A stretch of DNA of 64,000 nucleotides from Lytechinus pictus (Eukaryota). Below are positions 36,534 to 50,018 of this stretch, in pieces. How positions within the stretch are numbered: the stretch's first letter is position 1; every line of letters starts with the position of its first letter. Under the pieces are notes generated by a model. That model was not told the DNA's origin, made no database searches, and worked only from the letters and a program-made list of their open reading frames with translations. Both the position numbers and the translations under genes were made by a program. Location of the stretch: positions 12,092,001 through 12,156,000 of the forward strand of contig NC_087251.1 in assembly GCF_037042905.1 (NCBI RefSeq), in the 5' to 3' direction.

Positions 36534-38128
36534 TGGGTAAAAACAGGTTTGTTTCATGATATACTAATGGTCGATTTTGTTTTCTCAAAGGGCAAGTCTA
36601 CTCCAATGAAACTTATTTGATGAGTGGGGGAAAAATCAAACAAGCACAATGCTGAAAATGTCATAAAAATCGGATGCAAAATAGGCCTATGACATTTAAA
36701 TGTCGCATATTCTTCACATTTGTATGCCCAGTGGTATTTGTAAAGACTGTTCTCTCTAGATTGCGATCAGGGGAAAATCCAGTTAGATTGAAGTTTCAAT
36801 CTAAGAGATTTGGGTGTCAATCTTATTCTATTGAAACTTTCGATCCAATTTTTGATTGGTCCCTGACCACAATCTGTCAGATAATTTAGACTTTCAATCT
36901 ACGGAATTTAGAGAGAATTCTTTCCAATGTGGAGGAGGGGAATAGAAAATAACAAATTAATGATCAAAGACATAAAAAGGCTAATTTCTAAGTATCTTTA
37001 TTGTAATAAATCAAAACGAATTATAACATAATACTGATGATTGGAATAATAAATAAGCAAATTAATATTAACATTAACATGTAGATAAAGACACAAATTA
37101 TTAATGTACAGTAAAACTCAACACATATCCTTCAGCGTACATCACACATGGAATGCCCAATCTATAGTATACAAATTTACTTAACAGAAACAACCATACG
37201 GGGGGAAGGGGCTAGATTAAACTTTCTAATACAAATTAGATTGATAACACTAAGTTAGGGATAATGTTATAGGGATCATAAACACATCATAAATCATTCT
37301 TTTAAAGGGGACTGTCCCATTATTCACAGTGGTATCATCCATAATCGATGCATACGTAGAACTGCTATTATTTGCCCCCCCCCCCTCCATGCAATATGGG
37401 ATCTCCTTTTTTTCTTCTATTGTGACCACGGTGGTGAGGAGTCATCAATGTTATGTAAAAGGAATTTTCACCACTGTTTTGGGATATATGATATCATATA
37501 TATATTTTCAAATGTTTCATTCTGGGTAAGAAACCTAGAAGTAAACATTTAAGCTCTCGCTTCGCATTTATATACTAGTAGTTCACACCACCATCTATGT
37601 ATAATTGAGACACGTCCGTGAATTCCTATATACAGGTCCTACATAATCTACATTCCTTCAAATGTTCCATTTTCAAGTAAGTATTTCAAAATTAAATTTT
37701 TACAAACAGTCCTTTCTTTTTTCAGTATCTCCAAGAATTTTCGCATGATTCTTTAGTGAAATACGCATCGTATTCATGCCTACAATATAAGTATGAAATC
37801 GCCCTTTTCTGATCAGTATTATAGGAAAATTAAATTCGCGCTCGTAGGTCTAAGGAGTTAAAGGAATTATAGGCCTATATATTATTCACAGAAATAATCT
37901 TACAAAATGACTATCTCTCCCACTCCAACTTTTCGCTGTTAGTGTATAGCCATTCTGTGGGAAATGTGGCTTTTCCTCAGCCCCCCTCCCCCCCCCAAGA
38001 TAATGCTATACTCACATTTTAAATATAATGATTATCAAGTTAGTATACTTTTAATATGTTTTATTGACACTATTTAGCAAGTTAAACAATCTGGAAATTG
38101 CAACATATACAGGGAATAAATATCTCCA

Positions 38129-38935
38129 TCATTCCCAGGTACTTTGCATCGTATTATTCTCGGTATTTTCGGTTGCTTTAATTTTCTGCTTTATTTTCCT
38201 TATCGGAAAGCCAGTCGTGAATTGGATTTTCAGTGAGTAAGTTGTGAGTTCATACTTTTTTAGCAATTTATCTTGCCTAAAACCACTTTTGGATATATTT
38301 TTCCATTGTCTCTTTATGTACTTTAGTTTCCCTTTCAATAGGCGAATATTACCCAAATCCACCTTATCTTCCGGTATATGATATCGACGGAGTATGGAAG
38401 CAAAACATTTGTGGACATTCTCATCGTTGATAAATCCCTTGGTTTCTCTTACCAAGTTGAATAAAATGATGTTTGGAACATCAATTTCAATTGTATGAGG
38501 CAAATCGCCATCATTATCAGTTGTGTGCACTGGACTGTTTTGGGCTGTCGTGGGCCTATAATTTTCATCAATTCTCCTTATCGGAAACTGACAGTCAGGC
38601 TTGAAATGGATTTTCATTGAGTAAGTTGTGGCGTTATATTTCTTAAGCAATTTATCACGTCTGTACCCACTTTTGGTATTTTTCCATTGTCTCCATGTAT
38701 ACTTAAGTTTCCCTTTCAATAGGTGAATATTACCAAAATCTACCTTATCTTCTGGTATATGATACCGATCGAGTATGCAAACAAAACTTTTGTGGACATT
38801 CTCATCGCTCATAATTCCCTTGATTTCCATTATCAAATTGAACAAAAAGATGTTTGGAACATCGATTTCAATTGTATGAGGCAAATCGTCATTTACAGCT
38901 GTGTGCACTGCACTCGCTTGGCAATCCCCATCCAT
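38129..38935 (-). CDS. Uncharacterised 268-aa basic protein with two tandem ~127-aa repeats (paralogue A)
   Basis: Uninterrupted 807-nt ORF in AT-rich DNA. The paralogue at 54763-55518 is also open. A conserved upstream splice acceptor at ~39460 suggests it lies in a large terminal exon. Confidence 0.65.
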   Translation of the reverse strand: MDGDCQASAVHTAVNDDLPHTIEIDVPNIFLFNLIMEIKGIMSDENVHKSFVCILDRYHIPEDKVDFGNIHLLKGKLKYTWRQWKNTKSGYRRDKLLKKYNATTYSMKIHFKPDCQFPIRRIDENYRPTTAQNSPVHTTDNDGDLPHTIEIDVPNIILFNLVRETKGFINDENVHKCFASILRRYHIPEDKVDLGNIRLLKGKLKYIKRQWKNISKSGFRQDKLLKKYELTTYSLKIQFTTGFPIRKIKQKIKATENTENNTMQSTWE

Positions 38936-39639
38936 AGTATGTCAAAAACGGTAGCACTTACAGAGTAGACATAAACGTCGAAAGAACCATTAATGGATAG
39001 AATAGCCAAGATTTCATACAAGTTTTGTTCTTCCAAAAATAAAAATGGCGAGCATTCAACAGCATACGATATAACTATGTCAAATGAAATTAAAATAGGT
39101 TCCAGGAGGGGTTACGAAACCGTCCTTCTTCTTCTGTTAGATTCACAAGTTCACTGATAAAAACTTGGTGTTATGGATGCAAGAGAAGGTATGATTCCTG
39201 ACTATCCAATGTAAAGAAGCCTTTATAGTCCACAGTAATTTTCATTTATCGATGCATTCAAACGCATGTACACTCCAATGTAGTTTATATTCTTTATTCT
39301 GAAATTTTCATTCAAACTGTTCAACTAAAAAGGTGATCAGGAGGTGGTGCATATACTGATTTGTATTGCTCAATTCTGATTTGCCCATGTCGAACAGCCG
39401 TATAGTTGTTGTAATCCGTTGACCGTTGGTTCTTACAATCCACCATCGAGTCTTTCAGTTCTGATGAGTAAAATATAAATAAAAGAAATAAAGAAAGTAG
39501 TGTTATCAGTTTCATAAAAAAGAATATATATAAGTGGATAAAATATGTGCGCGATTTTCACGCTAACCCCCCCCCCCCCACCAAAAAAAAAATGGTACGA
39601 GTCTCGCCTGATATCGCGATCGATAAAATATGTGATATG

Positions 39640-40100
39640 ATGATATTTTGACCTCATTATTCTCATGAACACACAAGGGTAAACACAATTTATGAGAAAA
39701 TAAAGAAAAGAGAGCAATTTGAACAATAACATGACTTTTTGACCCCTAGATGACCTTTGACCCCACCACTCTCATGGGCACACATGTGGTACTACCACTT
39801 TGTACCAAGTGTGAACATAATTGATGCAGAAATAAAGAAATGAGAACAATTTCAACAAAACTTGACCTTTTGACCCTAGATGGAATTTGACCCCATCACC
39901 AAGTATCAACATAATTGATGGAGAAATAAAGAAATAAGAGCAAGTTGAACGAAAACTTTAACATTATATCATTTGACCTTTTGACCCCTATATGACCTTT
40001 AACCCCATCATCCTCATTGACATACATTACCCTAGGATCATGTAGCAAGTGCCAATAAAATTGAGACAGAAATAGAGTAATGAGAGCAAGTTGAACAAAA
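39640..40100. repeat. Degenerate ~110-130-bp tandem repeat (TTGACCCCTAGATGACCTTTGACCCC family)
   Basis: 3-4 diverged units; same family as 57950-58870. Confidence 0.7.
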
Positions 40101-40166
40101 ACGTTTTGTACGCTGCCCAGTTATTTGAAATTACAATCATCCATTTACTGATACCGTCATTATATA

Positions 40167-42233
40167 CACAACAAAAAAAGTAAGTCCCCCCTTAAACAAA
40201 CATCAATCATTTCCGAACCAATGCGAGTTTTTAATATATTTTTACATGAGCGTGTAGGTAATTTTATAAGCTATACCCTCTGAGTAAATGTTATGGACGT
40301 ATTTTACGTCATGCCTCAGTGAGCACCGTCAGAAGGCAAACATGTCACTTTTCAAAAGTTACGAGCCAAATATCATGACTTTGATTCCATTTTATTGGAA
40401 CTAATTCCACATTCTCATCATGAAAAATAGTCAGAAGGCTTGTAAAAGGTACTTTCTAAAAGACGATACAACTTTTTTGGCTAAATTTCACGGTTGAATA
40501 AACACAAGACCAACTTTGTTATAATTGGATTTTTTACACATTTCTATCAATACAAATGATAGAATATGATGACAGTTATTTTTGGTAAGAGTATCTTCAA
40601 CAATATTCATCGTTTCACGGTTTAATGAACATTTATTGAAAACAAAAAATACGATTTTCAAATATCATAGGCAAGTATTGTTTCATTTTGGTAACAGTTC
40701 GTAACTGAAAATGATATTTTCTCAACTTTTTCGTCATGTTCATGACCAATTAACATGCTTCAATGATTCAAAGGCGTTTAATTAAACATTCAAATTGAAT
40801 GAACATGTGGAGTGTGATTAGCTCTTTTGTACGTTATTGGAAAAAATGCAATTTGTAACTATGGATATCTGTCACAAACCTCCTTGCATAGTTCATTTGA
40901 TTTGATTTTTATGAAAATCCCGATGTTTAATGCATCAGTGAGCACACAATATTCGAAAATTATGCAAATGAGAAGAAAGTTCAAGGCCTTGGCCCCACTC
41001 TGTGCCGTATCGATTGGTGTGCGCGTGTTTTGGATAGTGTTACTCTGAAGCCATGTGCGAAGTTTCATGAAATAACTGTTAGCAGAAGTAACAAAAAACG
41101 TCCATGAAACAAACACTCATTTCATATTTGTTAAAATTTTGACTTCCTCTCTCATAGACTTGTGTACATTATGGATGCATATTATGTTTAATAAGTAAGC
41201 CCTTATTCAATATGGTTGAACTTTTTTTCAAGTCTGTCTTTAGCAATGTCGTTTGGCAGTAATATTTATCAACCTATGGGCAGAATTCTGTGCAAAAATG
41301 AAATCGATTTGTTTATTTATGGATGAGTGAGCACGCATCAAAGTGGGAAAATTTTCAATGTCACAGACTCATTTTAAAGGGTAATAAAGTGAATATTGGG
41401 GGCAAATTCGGTTTCAAATGTGACTTTAATTGTTGTTGTTTTTATCATCCATCATTTCTATCACCACGCACTTTCCGAACTTTAAACATTTTCATGGTTG
41501 AGCGAGCACATTCGAAAACTTAGGAATGAATACTCTTTATACTGCATAAATGTATTCTTTTCCTAACAATTTCTCAGGATCAGTTGAATGTATGGACAAA
41601 TCAGTGGTGGATCCAGAATTTTAAAATGGGGGAGTGGCCTATAATCGGGGGAGCCACCAACATTTTCAAATTTTAACATGTTCTAACAAGTTGTAGAGGA
41701 TACTACCATAAACCCCTATGATGATACGTCACAATACAGGGGCCGCGGAACGGTTTTCAAAGTGGGGGAAGGGGGGCTGACCATGCAAAAAATCACAATC
41801 GTTTGGTCATTTTTACATTTTTGTACATGCTTTTGGAAAAAAAAGTGGGGGCTGAAGCCCCCCCCCCCCCGCTTCCGCGGCCCCTGCAATACATTGTGCT
41901 CACTCAGCCATGAACATACGATATCAAAATCTGGTCTGAAGTGGTTAAATGATGGATAGTAAAACAGCATAACACCATAAAATTCACCTAAAAACAACTT
42001 TTGCCCAACTTTGTATTTGAACAAACTGAAAAACGACTCTTGTGACTTAAAAAAATTGTCATTTTTAATTCAATCTTTAATTACTCATGCATGACTCAAC
42101 CGATCAATCTCATTTTTCTCCAGGACTTGCTTAATGAGTGTAGAAAACCACCTATAAAATATCATATCTCAAAATAATTCGCTTCAAAAGTTACAGCAAT
42201 TTGATTTAGGGGGGACTTACTTTTTTTGTTGTG
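40167..42233. mobile_element. 2-kb non-autonomous DNA transposon with CACAACAAAAAAAGTAAGTCCCCCC TIRs and TA flanks; nested 150-bp MITE at 41737-41886
   Basis: ~25-bp TIRs with TA on both sides. The nested element CAGGGGCCGCGGAA...TTCCGCGGCCCCTG is flanked by CAATA/CAATA. Confidence 0.85.
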
Positions 42234-43169
42234 TATAATTTCAAATGATCAAAGATGACCAAAATGACCTTGAAAATACAAATCGTAACTTTGGTCAAGT
42301 TTTTTTTATGTAGATACCGAGAGGCAAAAGAAACTTCTGGGGCAGTTACGCGAGCGTGGACTAATAATTTTTCTTACGTAAAAAATATATGCGTATCACG
42401 TTAAAAAAATAATGAAAACTCGAATCCAGAGCAGAAAAGATTGGAGCGTACAGACATCAAAACGGGATATTTTAAGCCCCGTGTTAGCTCTTAAGCGGAT
42501 TACTGTCTCATTCAACAAACAACAATTCGAGGACGAATCGTAAGCGAAATTATCATCTTTATAATAAATGATCTAAAAGTGTTTATGATTCTGGCCCGGC
42601 CATTGACATGATGGACAGACATTGGTAAATATTAAATTGTACACTATTATTGCTAAATGGTTCTGGTTTTTGCGTAATGCGACTTTGCGGGATCTCTTCA
42701 ACCATGCAATAGGTGCATGCTGCAACGAAAGTGAACTGAAAGCTGAGGTTACTGAACAGAGAAAAGTGTCAAAAATTGAAAAAGTGAAAAGTACTATTTC
42801 AATTGGTGCACTTTACAGCTTGCGTATGATGCTTTATGCTTATGACAATTACTATATATCTTTGTTTTTCAATATTTTGAAGGGGGGGGCATGCAACGCT
42901 TCGAACTGGGAGCACATGCCCAAAATAACCCCCCCCCCCTCCGTTGGTGCTGCCACTACTGGCCTTGATCATGTGACCTGAATCACATGCCGCACGACCA
43001 ATGAGACTTGTATATACACAAGTTTCATGAAATATGTCCTTATACTTTCAAAGTTATGATGATAATTCAGAATTGACGTTGGCGACGCCGCTATCAGAAA
43101 GGCGCTGCCCCTGACGCTTCTTTTATGCAGGCGAGACAACAGAAATTTACACATCTTCTCTATATTTAA

Positions 43170-43738
43170 AGGACAAGTCCATCCCGACAAAAAGTTGATT
43201 TGAATAAAAAGAGAAAAATCCAACAAGCACAACACTGAAAATTTCATCAAAATCGAATGTAAAATAAGAAAGTTATAACATTTTTAAGTTTCGCTTAATT
43301 TCACAAAATAGTTAAATGCACATCCCGGTCAGTATGCAAATGAGGGAAGTGATGACATCACTCACTCACTATTTCTTTTGTATTTTATCATATGAAATAT
43401 TATAATTTTCTCCTCATTGTCCTGTGAAACAAAGTTTATTTTGCCCTGAACGTTTGGAACTACTTTATGGTTCAGTCAAGTTGGTCCTTATTGTCAAATC
43501 TGTAAAAATTGAAATATTGTATAAATCAAACAATAAAAAAAATAGTGAGGGACATCATCGATTCTCTCATTTGCATGTGACTAAATTGTGCATAGCTATT
43601 TTGTAAAAAATAAGAGAAACTTTAAAAGGTCATAACTTTCTTATTTTTCATCCGATTTTGATGAAATTTCCAGCATTATGCTTCTCTGATTTTTCTCTAT
43701 TGATTCAAATCAATATTTTTCTGAGGTGGACTTGACCT
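43170..43738. mobile_element. Kolobok/T2-type MITE, family B (intact)
   Basis: TTAA-AGGACAAGTCCA ... TGGACTTGACCT-TTAA. Confidence 0.9.
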
Positions 43739-44348
43739 TTAAATACATCTTATGCAAGTCATCTAAGACTTATTATCTCCATGCATCATTTTATTAGGCA
43801 CTATCATTGACACGATGAAATAATTCAAGACTCGTCAGGGGGGGGGCAGGGATATGTCCCTTGCATGGGTTGTGACTCGTCAGGGGGGCAGTCTGCCCCC
43901 CCCCCCCCCGTAGGTACGCTAGTGCCTGTGATGTTACAAACCACATGCCTCCATGAACACATCCTAACTTCAAGATTTATACGGGGGGGGGGGGGGAGGT
44001 GGTCAATGTCACAAATACATGTAGTTGAAAGCGTCGGCAACGTCACTGTGTAATGTCTATAATTACCTAGGGTATAATTACGAACGCATATTTTTGTGTG
44101 TGGTAGAAAATAATATGCCGTCGGTTCTCGGAGCTCCAACAGATTAGTAGCCTGCAGGCAAATATCCTCGATTTTCGCTGTGCGAATCGCAGAGGGCACA
44201 ATGCAAAGTTTGAATTAGTGAGACTAGATTCACTATGTACTGTGGCTGGCTCTACACAGACAATCTTCGGAGTCTAGTCTTTACTCTAGACCTGTTATTG
44301 CATGGTTGAAGTATCAAATATGACACTTCAATATTATTGTCAAATTGT

Positions 44349-44650
44349 GGGCGCGTCGTGGTCTAGTGGTTCTGACTCTCGCCTTTCAAACAGAGGGTCG
44401 TGGGTTCGAACCCAAGCCATAGCGTGTTCAGCAAGAAATTTATCCACACTGTGCTGCACTCAACCCAGGTGAGGTAAATGGGTACCGGCAGGAAAAAAAT
44501 CCTCAAAAAGCTGTATAGGTAGCCTAAAAAGCTATGTAGCCTAGCTTAGCCGGGTAATTATAATAGCAGGGCTGCCCCGCTGGGAGAACAGTTTTCGTAA
44601 CTGACGTGGCTACTGGGTAAATATGCCGTTATCATTATTATTATTATTAT
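44349..44650 (+). mobile_element. Full-length tRNA-derived SINE
   Basis: A box TGGTCTAGTGG, B box GGTTCGAACCC, body CACTCAACCCAGGTGAGGTAAATGGGTACC, (ATT)n tail. Confidence 0.9.
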
Positions 44651-44990
44651 GAGTCTGTGCTTGCAGACCCGGGCTTGCAGACTTGGCCTAGATAGACCTA
44701 TGGGCTATATAGGCCTAAATCAATTAATGGCAACTATCGTTGATTTTAAGTATGAATTGCAGACAGCCTACATTGTAAAAAAATTAAAAAATACAACGCA
44801 GATATATGCAGGAAATAGAAACCATTTACATGGATGCAACTATAAAGATGGGGGTGGGCTTTATTCAACAAGTGTGTCTTCATACAAGACTAGGTCATGA
44901 AAACAACTTCAACGAGAGGGCCTTCTGTGTACTAAAGGCCTGAAACAGCTGCGAGAGCCTTTGCGTGGAGAGTAGACACCCACTTTTTAA

Positions 44991-45775
44991 AGGTCCAGTC
45001 TACCCCAGAAAATTTTTAATTGGAAATGATAGAGCAAAATCAAACAAGCATAATGCTGAAGATTTCATTATGCTGAGGATGTAAATTAAAAGATATGACA
45101 TTTTAAGCTTTCACTTATTTTCACAAAACAGTTATATTATGCACAATACAGTGATATGCAAATGAGAGACGATGATGTCCCCACTAATTTTTTTTTTAAT
45201 TATACAATATTTCAATTTTTACAGATTTGACAAGGACCAACTTGAATCCTAAACTCTTAAAATAATGTTATACCGAGGTTGTTTTACCTGACTGCTAAGA
45301 AAGCACGAATGCCTGTGAGCAAGCAACCAGTGGACCAACGGCTTAAGGTCCTCTCCGAGGGACCTGGTAATGAGGATAAATGCCTTACCAAAGGGCACTA
45401 GCGCACCACTTGGGAATCGAACCCGGGTCACCGGAATCCGAAACCCCCGCTCTACCGACTGAGCTATCGCGCCTCCCCTAAATGGTCAACGTTCAGGGAG
45501 GAATAAAATTTGTTTCACATGACAATGAGGAGAATATCAGAATTTTTCATATTTCATATAATAAAAAATACAAAAGAAATAGTGAGTGACGTCATCAGTC
45601 TGCTCATTCGCATACCGACTAGCAGGATTTAACTGTTTTGCAAAATTAAGCGAAACTTTAAACTGCCATATTTTTCTTATTTCAAATCCGATTCATTTGA
45701 CGAAATTTTATTGTTTTGCTTGTTGGATTTTCTCATTTTATCCAAATCAACTTTATATTGGGGTGGACGTGTCCT
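44991..45775. mobile_element. Kolobok/T2-type MITE, family B, interrupted by a SINE
   Basis: TTAA at 44987-44990 and 45776-45779; family B ends. Confidence 0.8.
45259..45478 (-). mobile_element. Full-length tRNA-derived SINE
   Basis: Minus strand begins GGGGAGGCGCGATAGCTCAGTCGGTAGAGCG (A box) ... GGGTTCGATTCCC (B box), followed by a non-tRNA body shared with 33789-33931. Confidence 0.9.
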
Positions 45776-45836
45776 TTAACAAACTTTCAACCAGGGCCTG
45801 TGCATGGCACCTCCCGAGACTAGACGGAAGGGGGGT

Positions 45837-47885
45837 CAGTCAGTCGGCAGGTCCCAAGAAAGTGGCTTCTTTCATCCAAGTGATATTCATGACTTGAGAT
45901 GTTTTGCATATATATTTAATGAGCTTGATGCGGACCAAAACACCTCTTTTCATTCGGTCATTGCTGCTCTAATTGTGCATCGAATTTCATGATTTTGGTA
46001 TCATTGTAAAGAAGAAGAATCATTCTTTCACGTCATGTGTTTGAATTTATTCAAAGATTTTGTAATATAGGTTAAAATTTTGATCTAAAATATGCTACAA
46101 AATAATTATTTTCACCTGACAAAAGCTGCTATTTTCACACTTTATTTTTGTTTGAGCCCAATGATGTTTGGATCCTGATAAAGCTGAGTATGTATCCTTT
46201 AAGGACGTTCCACAGTTAAAGTGAAATCCATGTCATTTTCACCAAACTTTGCACATAGATACTTTAGAACCTTAATATTCGAAATATGCAAAAATTAACA
46301 TAGGTCCATGTGCTTGATTTTTTGCTATAGAGCTTCAAAGTTCACCCAAATTGATGTTCTTAAGAATTGCGCATTCAAAAGAATTTGGCATTTTTAGACC
46401 GCCCAAGATTACTACAATGAGTTTAAACCTCCATTATTCATTCAAAATACATGAAAAAGTCATCAAATTTCGCAAGAGAGTTAATAATTGTATCGTTAGA
46501 ATGGAGAATCTATTAATAGTGCTATTTGTTTGCAATTTTAAGTTTAACAGCACTGTCAGTTCTTAAAAATGGCGTAAAAGATAACAAAATCCCAATCTAA
46601 AAAATGTAAAATTTCAGTAACAAACTACAAACGTACAATAAATGCTGCACTTTATTCAAAATCCATGTCATTTTCACCAAAATTTGCAGAGTTGTAGAGG
46701 AAGGTATACCTAAGAGGTACAAACATTAAAAAATAGGGGTTCATGTGCTTGTTTTTAAACTATCGGCATTTTTATTAGAGCAAATGTGCTTTTTAAAACA
46801 CCAAAAAATGGGCCGAATGCTTAGTATCTATGTGAAGAAAAAATCAAAACCACTCTACCATTTATTCAAACTCGGGCTAATATTCGTGATTCTTGGCAGC
46901 ACTGCAGAGTAAAGTATTTTGAAATTGTAGAGAATATTTTTTTGAATGGTCCATGGAATAATTCAATTTTTTAGCTTCATGAAATAACGCATCGGATCTG
47001 CAGTTAAAGTGCAGAAGATGAGAAAAATCAGCTCATACCCGCAGCTAATTAATCACCTGTTCATCCATTGTGACGTCAGCGCGCAGAGTGTAAACTATGC
47101 GCAGATCATAATGCGCACAAATATAACTGTGGAACGTCCTTAAAATGGTATAGGTTTCAAAATAAGAATTGGTTTAATCGGGTCAAGATCACACTTTTCA
47201 TTGGCCAAGTACATAAAACAGCTTGAAAACAAAAATACTGCACTCCGATTGGTCAAAGAGACCACACACTGGCAAATTCCAACGGTTCCAGTGCCTGGTT
47301 CATGGGAAGGTCACACTTCCCATGTGGTAATCTCCTCAAATTACCCGCGCCTGTTGTTCTGCGAACCTTATCCAGCCAATCAGAACTCTGGATTTCATGC
47401 AAGTACAAAATTTCAGAAATCTCGTCTTGTACCTTGGTGGGAAAAATGTGATCTTGACCCTTAAAGTTGTTATAGTATACATCTCTATGTCTTGACCCGA
47501 TTAAAAGGTGCCGCATATCAAGAGTGGCATTGTGAGAAAGTACAGAAGTTCAGCTTTATGGTGATATATGTATCATTGAGGCTCAAAATAAAAAGTTTTG
47601 CACAATTTGCAAAAGAAAACAGAGGAAGAAAATTCAGTTTTGAGGCACATTTTCAGGCCAGAAATGTACTTATTTATCAAAATATTGTATACAAAATAAA
47701 CGACCAATATGAAAGAATAACAATTACTCTATCTGATGGTGCAATGATATTTCATTTAACAGGTAAATTCTTAGAGAAAGAAAATCTCACGAATCACGAG
47801 ATTTTGCAAGGAGGATTCAGCCACGAGATGATTTGGATAAATCTGGCCTTTTTGCTCATTAGCATAGGGACCTGCGGTCTGACTG
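45837..47885. mobile_element. Non-autonomous DNA transposon with CAGTCAG.C.GCAGGTCCC TIRs and nested elements (46203-47139; ~47178-47500)
   Basis: 19-bp imperfect TIRs with GGGT on both flanks. The nested GGACGTTCCACAGTTA...TAACTGTGGAACGTCC element is flanked by TTAA. Confidence 0.75.
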
Positions 47886-48606
47886 GGGTTTGGCAGACAC
47901 TGCTGCTTATGTAGCTGCTTGCAATTTGACTTTATGTATTTTTTGTTTTACTTAAGTCTAAATTTCAAGGCTCACCTTAATTCCAATCTTTGCTCCTAAT
48001 CTTCGAGACGAATGTCTTCTTTGGCCGGAGATGAGGTTGCGTTGCTACAACATCATGGGTCTCAACTATCAACAGCATATAGTTTCACCCAGCATGCCCG
48101 GTAGACAACAGAGATATTGATATCTATTGACTATAAACAAGGGCACCTCCCTAGGCTGTGCACGTTATAGTTTCACCGCAGCCAGAAAATTAGACTTTCT
48201 CAACGCTTTTCGAGTAGATCTATGGGCGACGAAGCATTCGAAAGCCTGTGTTGAGTTTCAAATTCCAGTCTGCTTGCTTGCTGTAGGGCTGTAGGGCTTG
48301 AAGAGAATTTCGTGATCTCTTCGTGTTGGGAGCAAGGCCTATCACGATTGCTGTCACACCTAGTCTGCAGGCACAGACTCTTATTTAAACTTTGATTAAC
48401 GAGTGTGTCTCCACGCAAAGACTAACACATACACAACTTGCAGTACACAAGGCACAAGTAAGCTGCACATTCAGACCCTTCGAGTGAACGTTTGCACAGA
48501 AGACTCCACATGGCATTCGGGTCATGGTTTGCTTAGTCTGCAGGCACAGACTTGTTTTTCGCAAGATCTTGTACTTGTTATACAAACAGTCAGAATTAAT
48601 CATGAA

Positions 48607-49199
48607 AGGACAAGTCCACCCTAAAAAAAGGTGAATTGAATAAAAAGATAAAAATCCAAGAAGCATAACGCTGAAAATTTCATCAAAATCGGATGTAAAA
48701 TAAGAAAGTTATGACATTTCAAAGTTTCGCTTTATTTCACAAAACAGTTATATGCACATCCTGGTCGGTATGCAAATGAGGAGACGGATGACGTCATCCA
48801 CTCACTATTTCTTTTGTATTTTATTATATGAAATATAAAATATTCTAATTTGCCCCTCATTGTCAAGTGAATCAATGATTAATTCCTCAATGAACATGTG
48901 GAATTAGCATTGTTTAATACTATATGATTCAATCAAGTTAGTCCTTATTGTAAAATCTGAAAAAAAATGAAATATCGTGAAATTCAAACAATAAAAAACA
49001 AAAGAAATAGTGAGTTTCTGTTTCATTGGCATGTCACTGAATATTGTACATAATGACTATCACCGTTTTGTGAAAAAAGGCGAAACTTTAAAATGTCAAA
49101 ACATTCTTATTTTACATCCGATTTTGATGAAATTTTCAGTGTGACGTTAGTTTGATTTTACTCTTTTTATTCTAATCAATATTTTTCTGGGGTGGACTT
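48607..49199. mobile_element. Kolobok/T2-type MITE, family B
   Basis: AGGACAAGTCCACCC ... GGGGTGGACTT; homologous to 43170-43738. Confidence 0.8.
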
Positions 49200-49860
49200 T
49201 ACAATGCCAAAAACATATTCTTTCGAAGAACCCTTTTCCCCTTTCACCGTGGTAGACTATACCTCCATGCTAGAGAAGAATGGTTGTTGTGGGATGTCAC
49301 TCGCCATATTTTATTGTTTGAAGCCGTTTTTTTTTCTTCAGATTTCAAACAAACACTATTCATCGAATCAAAATAGATTACAAGAGTGTCAATTCCTCAT
49401 GGTCAGGGAGGACTGAACATAGTTTCACATTATCATGAGAACATTAAAATATTTCATGTAGGCCTAATATGTCCTTGATTCTTTTGCATACCGATTAAGA
49501 TGTGCATGTGACCGTTTTGTGAAAATCAATAAAAATGTCATAACTTAATCGATTTTTATTAATGTTCATTGATTTTTTCGCAAAAAAATGTGCACTAAAA
49601 AGACACAAAAGCGCCTCGATTTCAAGATTCTTCAAAAAAACCTAACTCTCCAACCCCTGCAATAGCTCTGTGTACTGTGCGCCCTAAATGCCACAAAAAA
49701 TGAACCCTTTAAAAATAAATGAGGCTCAATTTGCGCCTCCTCCCCAATCCAGAATTTCTTACGCGCGCCTGGCTCCTCATATAGAAAACAGAATGTTGTT
49801 CAAGGATTTCATTCGAATCGCAGTTTGAGAGAACCCCCCCCCCCTTTCCAGAGGTCCTCT

Positions 49861-50018
49861 CTCATCATCATCATCATCATCATTATAATCAACATCATCA
49901 TTATAATAAACATCAATATTATAATCAACATAACATCATCATTATCAATTCATCACCATCATCATCCGTCATCATATAATCATATAATCATCATTCATCA
50001 TCTTCACAATCAACATCA
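49861..50018. repeat. Degenerate (ATC)n microsatellite
   Basis: CATCATCAT... run with ATA/AAC variants. Confidence 0.9.

Noticed and set aside
45405..45478. tRNA-like sequence (also 44349-44420)
   Set aside because: A and B boxes are present, but there is no proper acceptor stem or terminator. Both continue into SINE bodies with AT-rich tails.
47201..47914. ORFs of 87-140 aa inside TIR elements (possible transposase)
   Set aside because: No DDE or DNA-binding motifs recognised; the elements appear non-autonomous.
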